From Eledone cirrhosa (taxonomy: Eukaryota), in the NCBI GenBank assembly GCA_964016885.1, contig OZ024742.1, positions 232,500,001 to 232,564,000 on the forward strand: DNA of 64,000 nt, read 5' to 3'. Positions 39,617 to 53,330 of this stretch are shown one piece after another; position 1 is the first letter of the stretch; every line of letters starts with the position of its first letter. Under the pieces are notes generated by a model. The model did not search any database and had not been told where the DNA came from. It saw only the letters and a program-made list of their open reading frames with translations. A program made the position numbers and the translations under genes.

Positions 39617-39816
39617 GTGCCCGCCGTGATGAAAACGATTACATATGGATTACTGGGCGAATTGATGATATGGTTAATGTATCTGGACATCTGATTAGTA
39701 CTGCTGAAGTAGAATCTGCTATTGCTGAACATAGTGCAGTAGCTGAAGCTGCAGTTGTATCTCATCCACATTCAGTTAAAGGTGAATGTACCTATGGTTT
39801 TGTGATACTGAATGAT
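39617..39816 (+). CDS. ACSS2: Acetyl-CoA synthetase exon ([25 protein letters not shown]...GFVILND)
   Basis: tttAG / GTaagt; 200 nt, phase 1 to 0; GR.DD..NVSGH hinge motif. Confidence 0.96.
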
Positions 39817-40471
39817 GTAAGTAACAAACTTTCTATATATTTAGTACAATGTATTTAATAAATTTGTTTTAAATGATTTAATGACTCAGTCTTTTAATGA
39901 AATTGTTGGAGAATTTTATCAAAACAAATGTGTACATACATATCATCATCATCATAGTTAACGAGGGCCAATAAACTGACTAAATTCAAGGCCTTTAAAG
40001 CAACGTCTGCCAATTAAGATATTTGTTAATCAAATATCTATGAATTACTTAAGATAAGGGCAATTTTGGCAATCCATAGAGGGTATGTATGTATGTATGT
40101 ATGTATCTATGTATGTGTGTATGTTGTGTAAGCATCGTGACAAAAAGCACCAGTACTCACTGTAAATGAGGTTGGCACTAGGAAGGGCATCTTGCTGTAG
40201 AAACCAAACTAAAATCACTTCTGTGTGAGCAAGACATGTTCACCGGACCTGGCATTGCTCACAACAGGATAACTTGTCTAACCCATGCTAGTATAGAAAT
40301 ATGGATGTTGAAGTGTGATGATGAGTTATTTGACAAATACTTTTTATTCTAAGCTATTGTCTTTGTTCAACATGTTAGTTATATAATAAAATTTAATTGA
40401 TTTTTTTTTGTGATTCTCAGTTCTTCACTTCGTTAAACAAATTTCATATATCTTTTAAATTCATATTACAG

Positions 40472-40517
40472 GGATTTGAATTGACTGACATTTTGATCAC
40501 TGAGCTGAAAGTCAAAG
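40472..40517 (+). CDS. ACSS2: Acetyl-CoA synthetase small exon (GFELTDILITELKVK)
   Basis: tacAG / GTaatg; 46 nt, phase 0 to 1; exactly bridges the phases of the two flanking exons. Confidence 0.85.
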
Positions 40518-40696
40518 GTAATGCTTGCAATACATTGTGAACTTAATATGTATATTTGTAATCGTCTATGCTGCAGATTCTGTTATTTAAATATCAGAAT
40601 AAAAACATGTACAGGAGTTTTTCTGTTTTCTGCACTAGCTTGGATGAAGTTAAAAAATAAGAGTAATTTATAAATTAAATTAATAATACAGCCTAT

Positions 40697-40946
40697 TAAC
40701 CTTTTTGTTACCATATTTCTAGTGAAATACACTGCCTATTTCTATTAATTAACTAAACAATTTTGAAGAATTTAATGCAATAATTTAACTTTTTCATTAA
40801 GCTGATGTTTGAAACATTACTTGAGAAAAATTTCTTAAATGAAACTATGATAGAAATTTTTAATGTAAATCTGAATATTTTAACATGAGCAGTCGTGTAT
40901 CATAAAATAAGGCCAATTTCAGGTGGATTAGTATAGAAAGGGTTAA
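40697..40946 (-). mobile_element. TTAA-flanked MITE family C. Related copies at about 11637-11888, 25541-25786, 30075-31352, 38520-38997
   Basis: TTAA|CCCTTTC ... GAAATATGGT.A.GAAAGGG|TTAA ends with a shared internal sequence. Confidence 0.62.
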
Positions 40947-41079
40947 AGCTATTGTGTTACATCTCTGAACAAGTTATAGGGACCCAAAATCACTTTGGTT
41001 ATATATACATCTTTCCATAACATTTTCTCTCATTTCCTTTAACTCCATTCCAAGGTGTCACATGTCTATTCTTACTAGA

Positions 41080-41830
41080 GAGGTGTGTAGACTCTACTAA
41101 GATCACATATACAAATCGCTGAACCTAATAAAAGCATCCTACAGCTCTGTACGAACAAATGTTCACTGTTATGGCAAGGCTGTGTTATGTCCCCAATGCT
41201 TTTCAACTATGCCATCAATTGGATTGCAAAGCATACCCTGAACGGTTTCCCAGGCATTGCTGTGGGATGAGATTAATGTCACTAATCTTCACTATGTCTT
41301 TGACTTCAAGATATTCAACAATAACTACACCAATCTTCAATCAACCAGTGAGCACCTTGGTGTGTATGTGTAGCAAGTATCACATCATCACCTTCACTGC
41401 CACAAGGTAAAAATGAGATAGATGTCTGCATCAACCATGTGTGTGCTACATTCTGTTATCTTCAGGACCAGCTCTGCTGTAGGTCAGAAGTCCATATGGC
41501 CACAAGAATCTATATCTACATGTGTTGGTGCTTGTTTGCATCATTCTCCTCTATGGCTGTGAGACATGGCCAAGGAGAGTGGCAAGCTGGAAGTTTTTGA
41601 CACACCTCCCTTTGCAGAATCTTCCACAATTCATCACCACTGTTGGATTGATTTCCTCCAACAACTCCACCTCAAAAGGTGCTTCTGCTGGTTTGGTTAT
41701 GCATTCCACTGCCAATGAGGGGAACTCATCTATGATATAGTCATACCCGAATCCCTCCAAGGATTGTATAATTGAAGAGAAAATGTTGTAAATGTAGGTT
41801 GGCACAATCAAGTTGGATCTTGAGCTAATT
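41080..41830 (+). mobile_element. Highly decayed RTE-like LINE fragment
   Basis: ILLYGCETW remnant; otherwise broken frames. Confidence 0.45.
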
Positions 41831-42119
41831 ATACTCTTCATTGTTATTATTCATGATCAGCTCTAGTGAAGAATGTTTTGAAATTCTCAGGAATATTATC
41901 CTGCGAGGTAAAACCATAACATCAGTCTACACCACTATTGAAATCATTATGTAACATATATCATAGTATATTACTTCATTCTACTCCTCACTACCTACTA
42001 AAGAATTACTTATAGCATCACAAAAGTGACTTGTTTTCCTCCAAAAATTATGAAAATGTATCCATTTTCTTTCTACATAACATATTTTATATATTATTTA
42101 TTGCCATTTTTATTTTCAG

Positions 42120-42325
42120 TTCGTACCAAAATAGGACCATTTGCTCAACCAGATTATATCCAGTATGCTCCTGGCTTGCCAAAAACTCGATCTGGAAAGA
42201 TAATGCGCAGAATTCTCCGTAAAATTGCTGTTGGAGATACAGAGTTTGGTGATATAAGTACACTTGCTGATGAATCTGTCTTAGAGTCGATTTTGAAGCA
42301 TAGACCAAAAAATATAAAAGCTTAG
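42120..42325 (+). CDS. ACSS2: Acetyl-CoA synthetase terminal coding exon ([12 protein letters not shown]...[18 protein letters not shown]...NIKA*)
   Basis: tttcAG acceptor; [12 protein letters not shown] motif containing the catalytic, acetylation-regulated lysine of ACS enzymes; TAG at 42323-42325. Confidence 0.97.
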
Positions 42326-42719
42326 GGAATAGTTGAAATATTTTCACCTAAAATGTTCTTCAGAAATTTTAAGTGAAATTGATGATTTTGGACCAATTTT
42401 AGAAATTGTTGTTAATCATATAAACATTTTTTTCTAATCATGTTGCATATTGTTATCCTAGCCAGAGATGATTTACAAATTTAATTGTTTTCTAATATGT
42501 AGCACTAATGAATTGTTCTTTGAGTAAACTATTTAGGCTTTTGAAAATGTTCTTTTGGGTAAGATTATTTTGCTAGAATTTGGTATTCGAAAGGATTCTA
42601 AAAAATAATGTTTTTATCATATTAGAAGTTTGTTCAACTGAAATGTTTGTAAAATGTAATAGCATGTTCAGTGTGTATACAATGCATACTCTAATCAGAT
42701 GGCCAATTATGATCAAGTA

Positions 42720-42722
<3 letters not shown>

Positions 42723-42751
<29 letters not shown>

Positions 42752-42782
42752 CTTCTTCTTCTTCTTCTTCTTCTTCTTCTTT

Positions 42783-42813
<31 letters not shown>

Positions 42814-42820
42814 ACTACTA
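42723..42820 (+). repeat. Compound microsatellite (TTC)n-(TAC)n-(TGC)n downstream of the ACSS2 stop
   Basis: Direct inspection. Confidence 0.95.
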
Positions 42821-43235
42821 ACCAGGTTGGTTGTGGTTTATGTTGACAGGAGTTAGTTTGTAGACCTCAGTGAGTAGATTTGCCCTGGGGCAGTTAAAAA
42901 AATCTAATGTGCTGAACACTTACCCTTCTTTCAAAACAGAGAAAAATACATACAAATTAGTGCCACCTCAATTGCAAACTTGGTAAATGGACTCATTGAA
43001 TCCTTCTATGAATGTTCCCATGTAGATTTTGCATTAGGATTTGAAACTTGTGTTGATTTTTGTTTTATATATATACGCATATATACATACTGGCTTTTAT
43101 AATCTGAAATCCTCCTTGATACCAGGTAGTAGTCACTCTGTCTCTTATGTTACAGAAGAAATGAGTAATCATCCTCTGGGTCACCATTATTTCACCTTAG
43201 AATCAAAGAAACTGATATATATATATATATATATA

Positions 43236-43286
<51 letters not shown>

Positions 43287-46200
43287 AATAAATATGAAGA
43301 CTGTTCTACATTTCTATTCTTCAATTTATTAAACAATGACCGTTATGTACATTTCAGAGGTATTAGACAAAGTTACATAAGTCTAATACATTATTGTCGG
43401 ACAGGATTTTATAAAGTACGTGATATGCAGACTCTGGGACAATATATATATTATATTATATTATATTATATTATATTATATTATATTATATAGATAGATA
43501 GATATACTTATGATTTTTCAATTTACTATAACTGCTATAATCTAATTTTTATTGGTTTAACTCATTTTGAATTTGGCCATATTGAAACACTCTCTGTTAG
43601 ATTTATTTGGCTGTAAAACAATACACAAAAAATGAAATATTAATTTTAAAAAAATTTCATTGCCTTGAGATTATTTTGGTGAATACAGAAGAGAGTTATG
43701 TTATAGTGAACTGGTTAAATATAAAGAATTTATGAGCAAGAATCTAAAATGACTAATACTTGCTTCATTGTAATAAAAGTTCTTTATACTAAATCTTTAC
43801 TGCATTATTATACTATTTTGTGATCTCTATTCCTAAAGCAATAATTTTCCATAACAGTAATTCATCATTCATATTTCCTTCACAAAACAAAATGGCATTC
43901 CAGTTTTATTTGTCTATCAAAATGATATAATACACATTTAATCTTTAATCATGTTATCAAGACATTGTGGAAAATGTCTACAGCATTAAATTTCATTCGA
44001 TTCATAATTTTGGGGCTACATCAATTGTAGCATCTCAAATCAAAATACTCACATGATGAAAGTAATATTGTTTGATCTCTTCCTAAAGTAATAAAATTTT
44101 CATAACCAGTATGATTTTTCTGAAAATATATATTTGTTTAAAATAGGCACTAAACATACAATTTGATATTGAGCATAAAAGCAATAATTTAAAGTATGCC
44201 TTATCAGAATACCGTGTACATTGTGCAATTTCTTTAACAGAAAACCTGGTATTCTGTTAATCATTTAATTTAATTCCAAAAGCAATAAGATTTACATGGA
44301 AAAGTAATTTTATAACACTTGTTATTATAACATTGATAAAAAGTGGTGGATTGGCAGTATTGGTAGAGTGTTGGACAATATGCTTTGTGGCATATACTTA
44401 CAGCCTTTTACATTCTGAGTTCAAATCCCGCTGAGGTTGGCTTTGCCTTTCATCCTTATGGGGTTGATAAAATAAAGCACCAGTACTGCACTGGGGTCGA
44501 TTTAATCGAATTTTCCCTCCTCCCCAAATTGTTGGCCTTGTGCCTAAATTAGAAAGCAATTGACAATTATTGATTGAAAATTAAAAATTCATATTTTACA
44601 TCTAATTTTTCTGAAGGTTTTTCCTGTTATAACTTTTGTTATGAATTTAAATTTAAAAATATGTAATGTTATGAATTGAATTAAAAATAATGTGAATTAA
44701 ATTTACAAAACACTTTTTGAAATTTAGATTGTGCTAATGTGTTTAGATATTTTCTAGTACAAATCCAGTATTTTCCTAGGCCGGTGGAATATTTAATCTT
44801 TAGTCATGCTTTCAAGATATCATGAAGATTTTGTAAGAGAATTTTGAATATTCTCTTAAATATTTGTTTTCCTGTTACATCTATATTTCATCATAAATTT
44901 CTTGTTGAATTATTACTGTTAATGTCTTGTGGGAGGTTGCTTATGTTTTCAGATTTGTAGAAATGTTTGTGTAATAAATTATAAATGGAGAAAAATGTTT
45001 TTTTATCATTTTCATTGCTTTCGCATTTTGCTTTTAAGTGAGTGCACAAACACGTGCACCCTTAACCCTTTACCATTTACATTACTCGATATTTACTATT
45101 ATATTTTCATGGTAAAGGCTTTACCTTACATAATTATCTCACATAATATCGAATCTATGAGATTTTGATATTATTTATTTTGAGAACAATACCTTAACAT
45201 CAGTATGAACGACTAGTTACATCTGGTTTGAACAGAATACTAGTCGGATATAGCCGGCTTAAATGCTAAAGGGTAATGTAATTCTCTAGGAATTTCGGTA
45301 TGATACTGGGTGACAAGGCTGGCTCTTTGAATTAGAGGTACAACTCATTTTTGCCACCTGAATGGACTGGAGCTACGTGAATAATAAAGGGCTTTGTTCA
45401 GGGACACAATGTGCTGTTTGAGATTAAACTCACAACCTTGAGATCATGAGCTGAACAACGCTAACCTCTAAGCCACAAGCCTTCACTATATGGTTGTGAA
45501 GGCACTTAGTGTAGTGGTTAGGATGCTAAACTCATGATTGCAAGCTCATGTGTTTGATTCCTGGACTTGGCAGAACCTTGTATCCCTAAGCAAGACACAC
45601 ATTGTGTTATGTTGAATCTCGCTGAGAACTACTTTAAGGATGCTTGTGTCTGTGGAATGCTCAGCCACGCAGGCTGTGCCATTAATTTAATCAACAGGAA
45701 CACTTGTCATCAGAATTCCAACAATGTAATTAAATAGTAAATTACTCTTCCTCTTCTCTCTTCCTAATATTTGTGTAAGAAAACAAATAAGTTCTGAACT
45801 AAATATTTTTTTATTTCCTTATTATCAGTGTAATTGTCATTTCATATTTTATTTCAGTATGGTGGCTTGAGAAATGATGTGAATTTTTCAAATAAGGAAA
45901 CTTTAAATACATCAGTGTTGGTTTCAGTTGAGCAAATTATATATATTTGTGTCTGTGTGTGTAACTAATTTTGAATAGGTACTCCATATCACAGTGTTGT
46001 AAAAAGCAACTAAAAGGTCTGGTGTCAGGAAGGTCATCCAGTTGTAAAACTTCCAGCTCAATAAGTCCCGTCCAACCTATACCAGTATAGAAAAGTCAGT
46101 GCAAAAACGATAATGATGATAATAGTAAGTGTAAAGAGTGTGCTAAAATACTTAATGTAGTGAGATAAGAAATTTCAATTAATTAACCTCCTCTGTGTCG

Positions 46201-46735
46201 TAGATGAGATAACTCGTCCTAACAGGTATGCATTCCAATGCCACAGACGAGATAACTTGTCCTAACATGTTTGAACTCCTTTCCAACAGTTCAAAGCTAG
46301 ATGGGATTACTTGTTTATTGATGTGATGTTTGTCAATCAAAATAGTCATTTTACTGAAAATAAAACCCAGCACAACAACTGTAGCTGTGTAAAATATATG
46401 CAGCAGTCAACAGGTTAAAGTTAAATTTTTAGTGAGGAGAAATATAATTATCTGATCACAAAAGACAGGAGAAATTACCCTAAAGTTTATATTTAATTAA
46501 AAATAGAATGCAGGGAGGAGGGAGTATGTTCTTGTGCCATCAAATCTTAGATGGCTTCATTGTAAATTTGGCCAAAATAACAAAAAATGTGTGATAAGAA
46601 TTAAAATGTTTTTTTTTACATTCTTTACTAATCAATAAATTGTCTTTTCATTATAGCACACAGGGCAAAACCAAAAATGTTGTTAATCCAGAGGCTTTGG
46701 AATGAGCAATATTGTAATTCCTCATTCAATGATAA

Positions 46736-47261
46736 TCTATATATCTAAAACAGAGAATGTCTGTCTGTCTGTCAGCTCACTAAAACTCGAGAACCACCCA
46801 ACCGATTGTTTTCAAACTTTATATATGTAATACTTATGGTCCAGTGAGTGTTTTGAGCAAAAGATATTTCAAATTTTCAATGCCCTAGATACCACATTAG
46901 ACGATTTAGCGATAAATATATATCATTTTTGCATACACAATAACAAAATATAAACAAAAGTATCTATTTCGCAATAAAGTATTGATTTTCTTCGCACGGA
47001 AAAAAACCCTAGTAATCTATGACAAATTTTTTTTAAAAGCACAAAATGTAGATACCATCCTAAGGCCGAGGTATTCTGTACTTCTCTGTACTGTTATATA
47101 TATATATATGTAATTAAATATTTATGTAGAGATGTTTTTGAATACACAATAACAAAATATAAACAAACGTATTTATTTCACGAGGCTCGATAAGGATAAA
47201 TATATATCAAATATATAAGAACCCTAGAGCAAATCCTTGCAACACCGGTCCATTCTGCTAG
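46736..47261 (+). mobile_element. Non-autonomous Helitron, copy 1
   Basis: A|TC 5' end, (GTCT)n near the 5' end, GC-rich subterminal motif and CTAG 3' end. Confidence 0.8.
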
Positions 47262-50040
47262 TCTATATATCTAAAACAGAGAATGTCTGTCTGTCCACTC
47301 ACTAAAACTCGAGAACCACCCAACCGATTGTTTTCAAACTTTACATATGTAATACTTTCAATGCCCTAGGGACCGCATTAGGCGATTTAGCGATCTCTTT
47401 CTATAATTCTTAGTCTTTCTTTTTAGATAGATACATTGATATAACATTGCGCCCTTATAATATCTGTCTGTATGTCTGGCTGTCTGCATTATGACATTAT
47501 GACGCGGTGTGTGTGTGTATATATATAGTGTGTAACGTTTTTCGAAATATTTACTTCTGTGTTCACAGATTGATTTTTTTTAGTTTTAGAAGATCCCATT
47601 AATAGTGAAAGCAGCGATTCTTTGCTTAAACTTTAATCTGTTATTTTAACATATAGATATATATAATTATATATTCGTGTACAGATATTTTTGCATACAC
47701 AATAACAAAATATAAACAAAAGTTAAAAATTAGAATTGGTGCTCTGAAATAGCGATATATAAATGTATATATAGTGTATTTTGCAATGCTTAATTAAAAG
47801 CATTTTGAAGACCTTACGCTATTGTTTTAGAGTAGTGACAATGTCACTTACTTCTATTTTCAGCAAACAAGGGGAGATAAGCTGACAGAGCTCTGTTTCA
47901 TACTTGTTAGTACTTATCAAAGCTCAGCACTCCTCCTGAATGTTGGATTCTTATAGAATTCCAGTAATAATCAGGGACTGATTATACAGAGCGGTTGCCG
48001 GTCCAGCAAAAATTGAAAATTAGAATTGGTGCTCTGAAATAGCGATATATATATATATGAATGTATATATAGCGTATTTTGCAATACACTGTATGCTTAA
48101 TTAAAAGCATTTTGAAGACCTTATGCTATTATTTTAAAGTAGTGACAATGTCACTTACTTCTATTTTCACCAAACAAGGGGTGATAAGTACCAACAAGTA
48201 CGAAACAGAGCTCTGTCAGCTTATCTCCCCTTGTTTGCTGAAAATAGAAGTAAGTGACATTGTCACTACTTTAAAACAATAGTGTAAGGTCTTCAAAATG
48301 CTTTTAATTAAGCATACAGTGTATTGCAAAATACACTATATATACATTTATAAACAAAAGTATTTATTTCGCGATAAAGTATTGATTTTCTTCGCACGGA
48401 AAAAAACCCTGGTAATCTACGACATTTTTTTTATAAGCACAAAATGTCGACACCATCTCGAGGCCGAGGTATTCCGTACTTCTCTGTACTGTTATATATC
48501 ATCATCATCATCACCGTTTTACGTCCCTTCTTCCACGCTAGCATGGGTTAGACGGGTTGTCCTGTTATGGGCAGTGTCTGGTCGGCTGACCTTGTCTTGC
48601 TCATGCAGGAACTGATTCTGGCTTGATTTCTACAGCTGGATGCCCTTCCTAACACCAAGCTCATTTACAGTGAGTACTGGGTGCTTTTTTTCCGTGGCGC
48701 CTACACGTCCACTTTACAGTGTGGGCTGGGTGCTTTTTTGCCGTGGCACCTCAACGACCACTTTGCAGTGGGAGGGTGTGGAGGCATATTGTCTATATGC
48801 TTCAGCTTCGGCTTGTATCCTTGGGTGGGTTGGGTCTTCTGTATTACTGCGTGACGCCAGAGGTCACGGTCGTGTGTCATTGCCTTTGAGAGGTGTAATT
48901 GGGTAAGGTCGGCTTTTACACCTCATCCCAGGTCTTCTTGGGTCTCTCCACTCCGCGGTTTCCATCAACTTCTAGTGCTCTGCACCTTTTTATGCAGCTG
49001 TCATCCTTCATACACATCACATGTCCATACCAACGCAACCACCTCTCCTGCACACAGCATTTGATTCCTCTTATGCTCAGTCTCTCTCTCAATTCATTTA
49101 TGCTTTGTCGTTCGCGTATATTACTATTACACATCCATCGGAGCATGCAGGCTTTGTTTCTTTCTAATCTAGGCAAGTCTTCAACAGTCAGCGCCCAGGT
49201 CTCACTACCATGTAACATTGCTGTTCGGATACACGCATCATACAGTCTGCCTTTCATTTTGAGGGAAAAGCCTTTTGCAGCTAGCAGTGGCAGTAGCTCC
49301 CTGAACTTCTTCCATCCCGTTCTTACCCTAGTTATTGTATTTTCCAAACACCCACCTCCACTGCTAATTCGGTCACCTAGGTAACAGAAGCTGTCTACTG
49401 TTTCTACAGAGCCCTCCCAGAGATTGGTGGTACTTGTTTCCTGTGGCTGCTTGCTGCTTGCTGTCCCAGCACAGCTGCTGCATGTGAAGCCTACATTCTT
49501 AGTTAAGCTTCCTGAGGTCCCGCTACATCTCTTGTGTACCCATTGTTTGTATTTGGAGCAGAGAATGGAGTTCCTACCTACACCTTTCCTACATACTGAG
49601 CAAGGCCATTTCCCTGAGGGGATCTGGGTTCTGTTTTCTCGTCTACTTACAAGGACCTTAATCTTTGTCAGGTTGACTTTGAGACCCTTTCTTTCTAGTC
49701 CCTGCTTCCAAGTTTGGAATTTCTTCTCTAGTTCTACCATAGATTCAGCTATAAGTGTGAGGTCATCTGTATACAGGAGTTCCCATGGGCATCCGGTCTT
49801 AAACTCCTCCATTATTGCCTGCAGGACTATGATGAACAGGGGAGAGCTAAGAACAGAGCCCTGGTGGACACCGACCTGTACGCTAAATTCCTTATATATA
49901 TAATTATGTATTTGTGTACAGATATTTTTGCATACACAATAACAAAATATAAAAAACGTATTTATTTCACGAGGCTCGATAAGGATAAATATATATCAAA
50001 TATATAAGAACCCTAGAGCAACGCCGGGCCATTCTGCTAG
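47262..50040 (+). mobile_element. Non-autonomous Helitron, copy 2 (contains internal duplications and an RTE insertion)
   Basis: Starts with TC directly after the CTAG of copy 1, with the same 5' sequence; ends gagcaacgccgggccattctgCTAG|T. Confidence 0.8.
48498..49890 (-). mobile_element. RTE LINE 3' fragment (RT C-terminal half with PHD-type finger) inserted in a Helitron
   Basis: ORF 48916-49812: TGCPWELLYTDD, CSVC...HKRC...CSSC, LHGSETW; (GAT)n tail at about 48500; flanked by (TA)n. Confidence 0.92.
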
Positions 50041-50680
50041 TAGATCCTAATTCCTTAGTCTGTTTGTAAGGAATTCTGAAGTTACAACTTTACTGCATCG
50101 TGTTACTTTGGAAGAATACGTTAACTTTCCTGGGTACCGCTGCTATATAAAGTAGTATAAGTGAGATCTTTTTACGTTAGCTTGCTAGACCTGTTAGAAA
50201 TAACAGCCAAATTTATGTATGAAGCAAAAAGGAAAAGATTCTGTGATACCTCGATCTACTAGAAATATTAAGAAAATCCATTTTAAATCACAGCTAACAA
50301 TCTTACATACACCACACATATGTACATGTGTGTATGTATGTATACATACATGTTTTATTATATGTATGTATTATTTTAAAAAACTGAAGTATAACTTTTA
50401 TTATTTATTCTTTACACACATTTTAACTCTCCCTCTTTCTTAATGTCACATCTCGTTCTCTCTCTCTTTCACAAAAGTGATAATGGGACAGTGTGTGTAT
50501 GTGTGTCGGCATTCTTAAATTAGAGACGTGTGTGTGTGTGTGTGTCACTGTTCATAAGTTAGAGACCTATATATATGTATGTGTGTGCATGCGCACGTGT
50601 ATGTGTGTACACATTCTTCTTGAGCTAATCAGCTTAATGCCTATCAGAAAACATTTTATCTCTAGTCCCAATTTCAGCGA

Positions 50681-51196
50681 GTGAGCCTTACAACCAATAT
50701 ATGTGTGCACATGACTGGAGATGACGGTATCAGTGAGTTTGTCATCCAGCTACTTAAATTGGAAGATAGACTTCTTGGAAAGGACTCCAATGACCAAATT
50801 CAGTTGTCATTTGGCCATATCATTGAAACAGAACAAGAACTGATTGCTGGAGTGTTTCCAAACATTCAGATCAGACAATGTGATCCCAAATGTCTCAGGA
50901 AATTAGCAATCTTAGCACTGAAAAATATTGCTGTGAAAGGAACTAACAGAAGGCTGCTGGATATGTTACCAGGAGAGAAAAGATGCTATAAATCAGTTGA
51001 TACAATTACTTTTCAAGACCAGGTTGTGATCTATGCAACTGGATTTTTTAACAGTCTTGAGCTAGCAGGAATTTCTCCGCACAACCTGATATTGAAGCTT
51101 GGAGCATCAGTTATGCTACTTCATAATTGTGATACTCCAAAACTTTGCATTGACACAAGACTCATCATCAAAAATATGAGGAACGGCTCTATGTGA
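50681..51196 (+). pseudogene. Decayed PIF1-like helicase fragment of a Helitron RepHel
   Basis: LAILALKN.AV, LPGE..Y.SVDT, FFNSLE.AGISPHNL.LKLGASVMLL.N...PKLC..TRL are degenerate versions of Helitron helicase motifs. Confidence 0.8.
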
Positions 51197-52239
51197 TTAT
51201 ATTAACAAAATCCTCCTCAAATCACAGCCAACTGACTTACACACACACATACATGTTTGTGTATGTATGTATGTCATAGGAGCCACTATAACTGTTGGTA
51301 TACCTAATAGAACTAGAAAATAAATCTCCCTCAAACATGATCCTACTGCCATAGATTGGTGAAAGCTACAGTATAAAAATCTAAATACACTTTCCTGAAT
51401 TACAGAAATGACTAAGTAAATGCTGCATTCATTCATAAAACAATGCTAACTTTATCTTTTATTTTATTTTATTTTATTTTATTTTATTTTATTTATGGTA
51501 CAAGTTAGAATTTACTTCATTTATTCATTTTACAATCGCTATTATATATTATTATATATATTTCGATGATAATTCTTATGCAACAGTTATGACCTCATCA
51601 GACAGCTAATAGTTGAACAGAAAAAAACATGAAGAGGAAATAAAAATTACTCCTGCTGTTTCAATGATATGTCTTTGGCTGATCATAGGTGGTGCTTTTG
51701 ATTATTTGTCTGTTCAGTAACAGCTATCTTTGAGTTAAAAAAGGACTGGATTAATCATTAAATAAGGAAGCAGACCACGATTTATTCAAATTGAATGTAT
51801 TTTTCATAAAAAAGAAAAATTGCAAACTTTATATATGGGAATGAACGCACATGAATCTTTTAAGAACTTAAGGCCTTAAAAGAACTTAATTTGGGCTTTG
51901 GGTTGAACAACAACAAAAACATGCGTTCGTCCATATCATTTCAGTGCACTCAGTCAAGTGTTATGCTTAAATCAACTAGACACAACTACAGATGCTGGTC
52001 ACTGCTCAAGATATTACAGTCATTTATATACTGAGTTAAAATCTTGTGAGTGTCATCTTTGCCTTCCAACCTTCTGGGATTGATAAAATAAAGCACTCAT
52101 CAACTACTGGGACTGATTCCTATAATACATCCTAGTGAATGAAATTATAATAGTTTCCAATTTAAGCACAAGGCCAGTAAAATTTGGGGGCAAGGAGAAA
52201 GTTGAGAAAGTACTTGACTGGTAATTTATATTATAAAAT

Positions 52240-53330
52240 AAAATGCAAGAAGTACAATCACTGATGATACCCATTCCCAAATAATGAAACTTAAGACTCT
52301 GCCAGAATTACAGAACAATCAGCCTAATTAACCACCCCCAGAAAAGTACTGCTAAGATTTCTTCTAAACAGACTTAAGGCAAAGGCAGAAGAACTGGCAG
52401 GATTCAGGCCCAAAAGAAGTACAACAGAACAGATATTTAACATCAGACTTCTCACTGAGAAACACATGCAGCACCAATCTGACCTATAACTTCATCAACT
52501 TTGAAAAAGTCTTTGATTGTGTTTGGCATGAGGATTTGTGGAATATGGTGAAGGATTACAACTCTGACATCAACATTATTGAAGTAATTAAAGCACTGTA
52601 TGACAACTCAAACAATGCAGTTCTCCTGAATAACACTGGAGAATTCTTCAGGATAACAGTGGTAGTTTGACAAGTATATCTCCAGTGCTTTTCAACATCC
52701 TCCTGGAAAATATCATGCAAGAGACTCTCCAAGACTTCCACACCTCAGTTTCCATTGGAGGATGGCCCATTTTCAACCAGCTGATGACATTGACCTGTTG
52801 GGAAGCAGTGAAGTAGAACTCCAAGAGTTCACTACCAGACTGGAAAAAGTACCAGGAGCATATGGAATGGAAATCAACCCAGAAAAGAGCAAGATTCCGG
52901 TTAACAGTAATAATCAGAATACTGCAACCAACATCATACTGAACAGAGAAAGACTTGAAGACATGGACACCTTCAACTAACTAGGATCCACTCAGACTAA
53001 AGATGGCAGATCTCAAAAGGAGATACTGACATGACTCACCATAGCCACTTCTACCATGGTAAAGCTGAACATCAAATAGAGAAAAGAAGCAACTACATCA
53101 GTTTTCCAACGATGCTCAAACTGTACAAATCCTTGGTGACTTTGATCCTTTTGTATGGATATGAGATTTGGACACTCGCAGCTAACATGGAACAAAGAAT
53201 CCAGTCATTTGAGCAGAAGTGTTTCAGAAGGTTGCTACATATCCCATACACAGAGCACAAAACAAACAGCTTTGTCAGGCAGCAAGTTAACAAATGTTTT
53301 AGGAGAATGGATGATTGGAAGGAAATATGA
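52240..53330 (+). mobile_element. Decayed RTE/BovB-like LINE fragment (a different family)
   Basis: Broken frames with NYRTISLI.H, AGFRPKRSTTEQIFNIR, ADDIDLL, ILLYGYEIW, FEQKCFRRLL.I. Confidence 0.8.

Noticed and set aside
42323-42376. Stop-codon readthrough adding a targeting signal to ACSS2
   Set aside because: TAG-G context is not a typical readthrough motif and the extension (GIVEIFSPKMFFRNFK) has no PTS1-like end
42580-43493. Poly-Ser/Ala and Ile-Tyr-rich ORFs
   Set aside because: Translations of (TTC)n, (TGC)n and (AT)n microsatellites
47920-48010. Host exon captured by the Helitron
   Set aside because: GC-richer patch but no recognisable peptide or convincing splice sites
50681-51196. 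Host PIF1 helicase gene
   Set aside because: Key motifs are degenerate, no exon structure, and it lies next to Helitron ends; best read as a transposon relic
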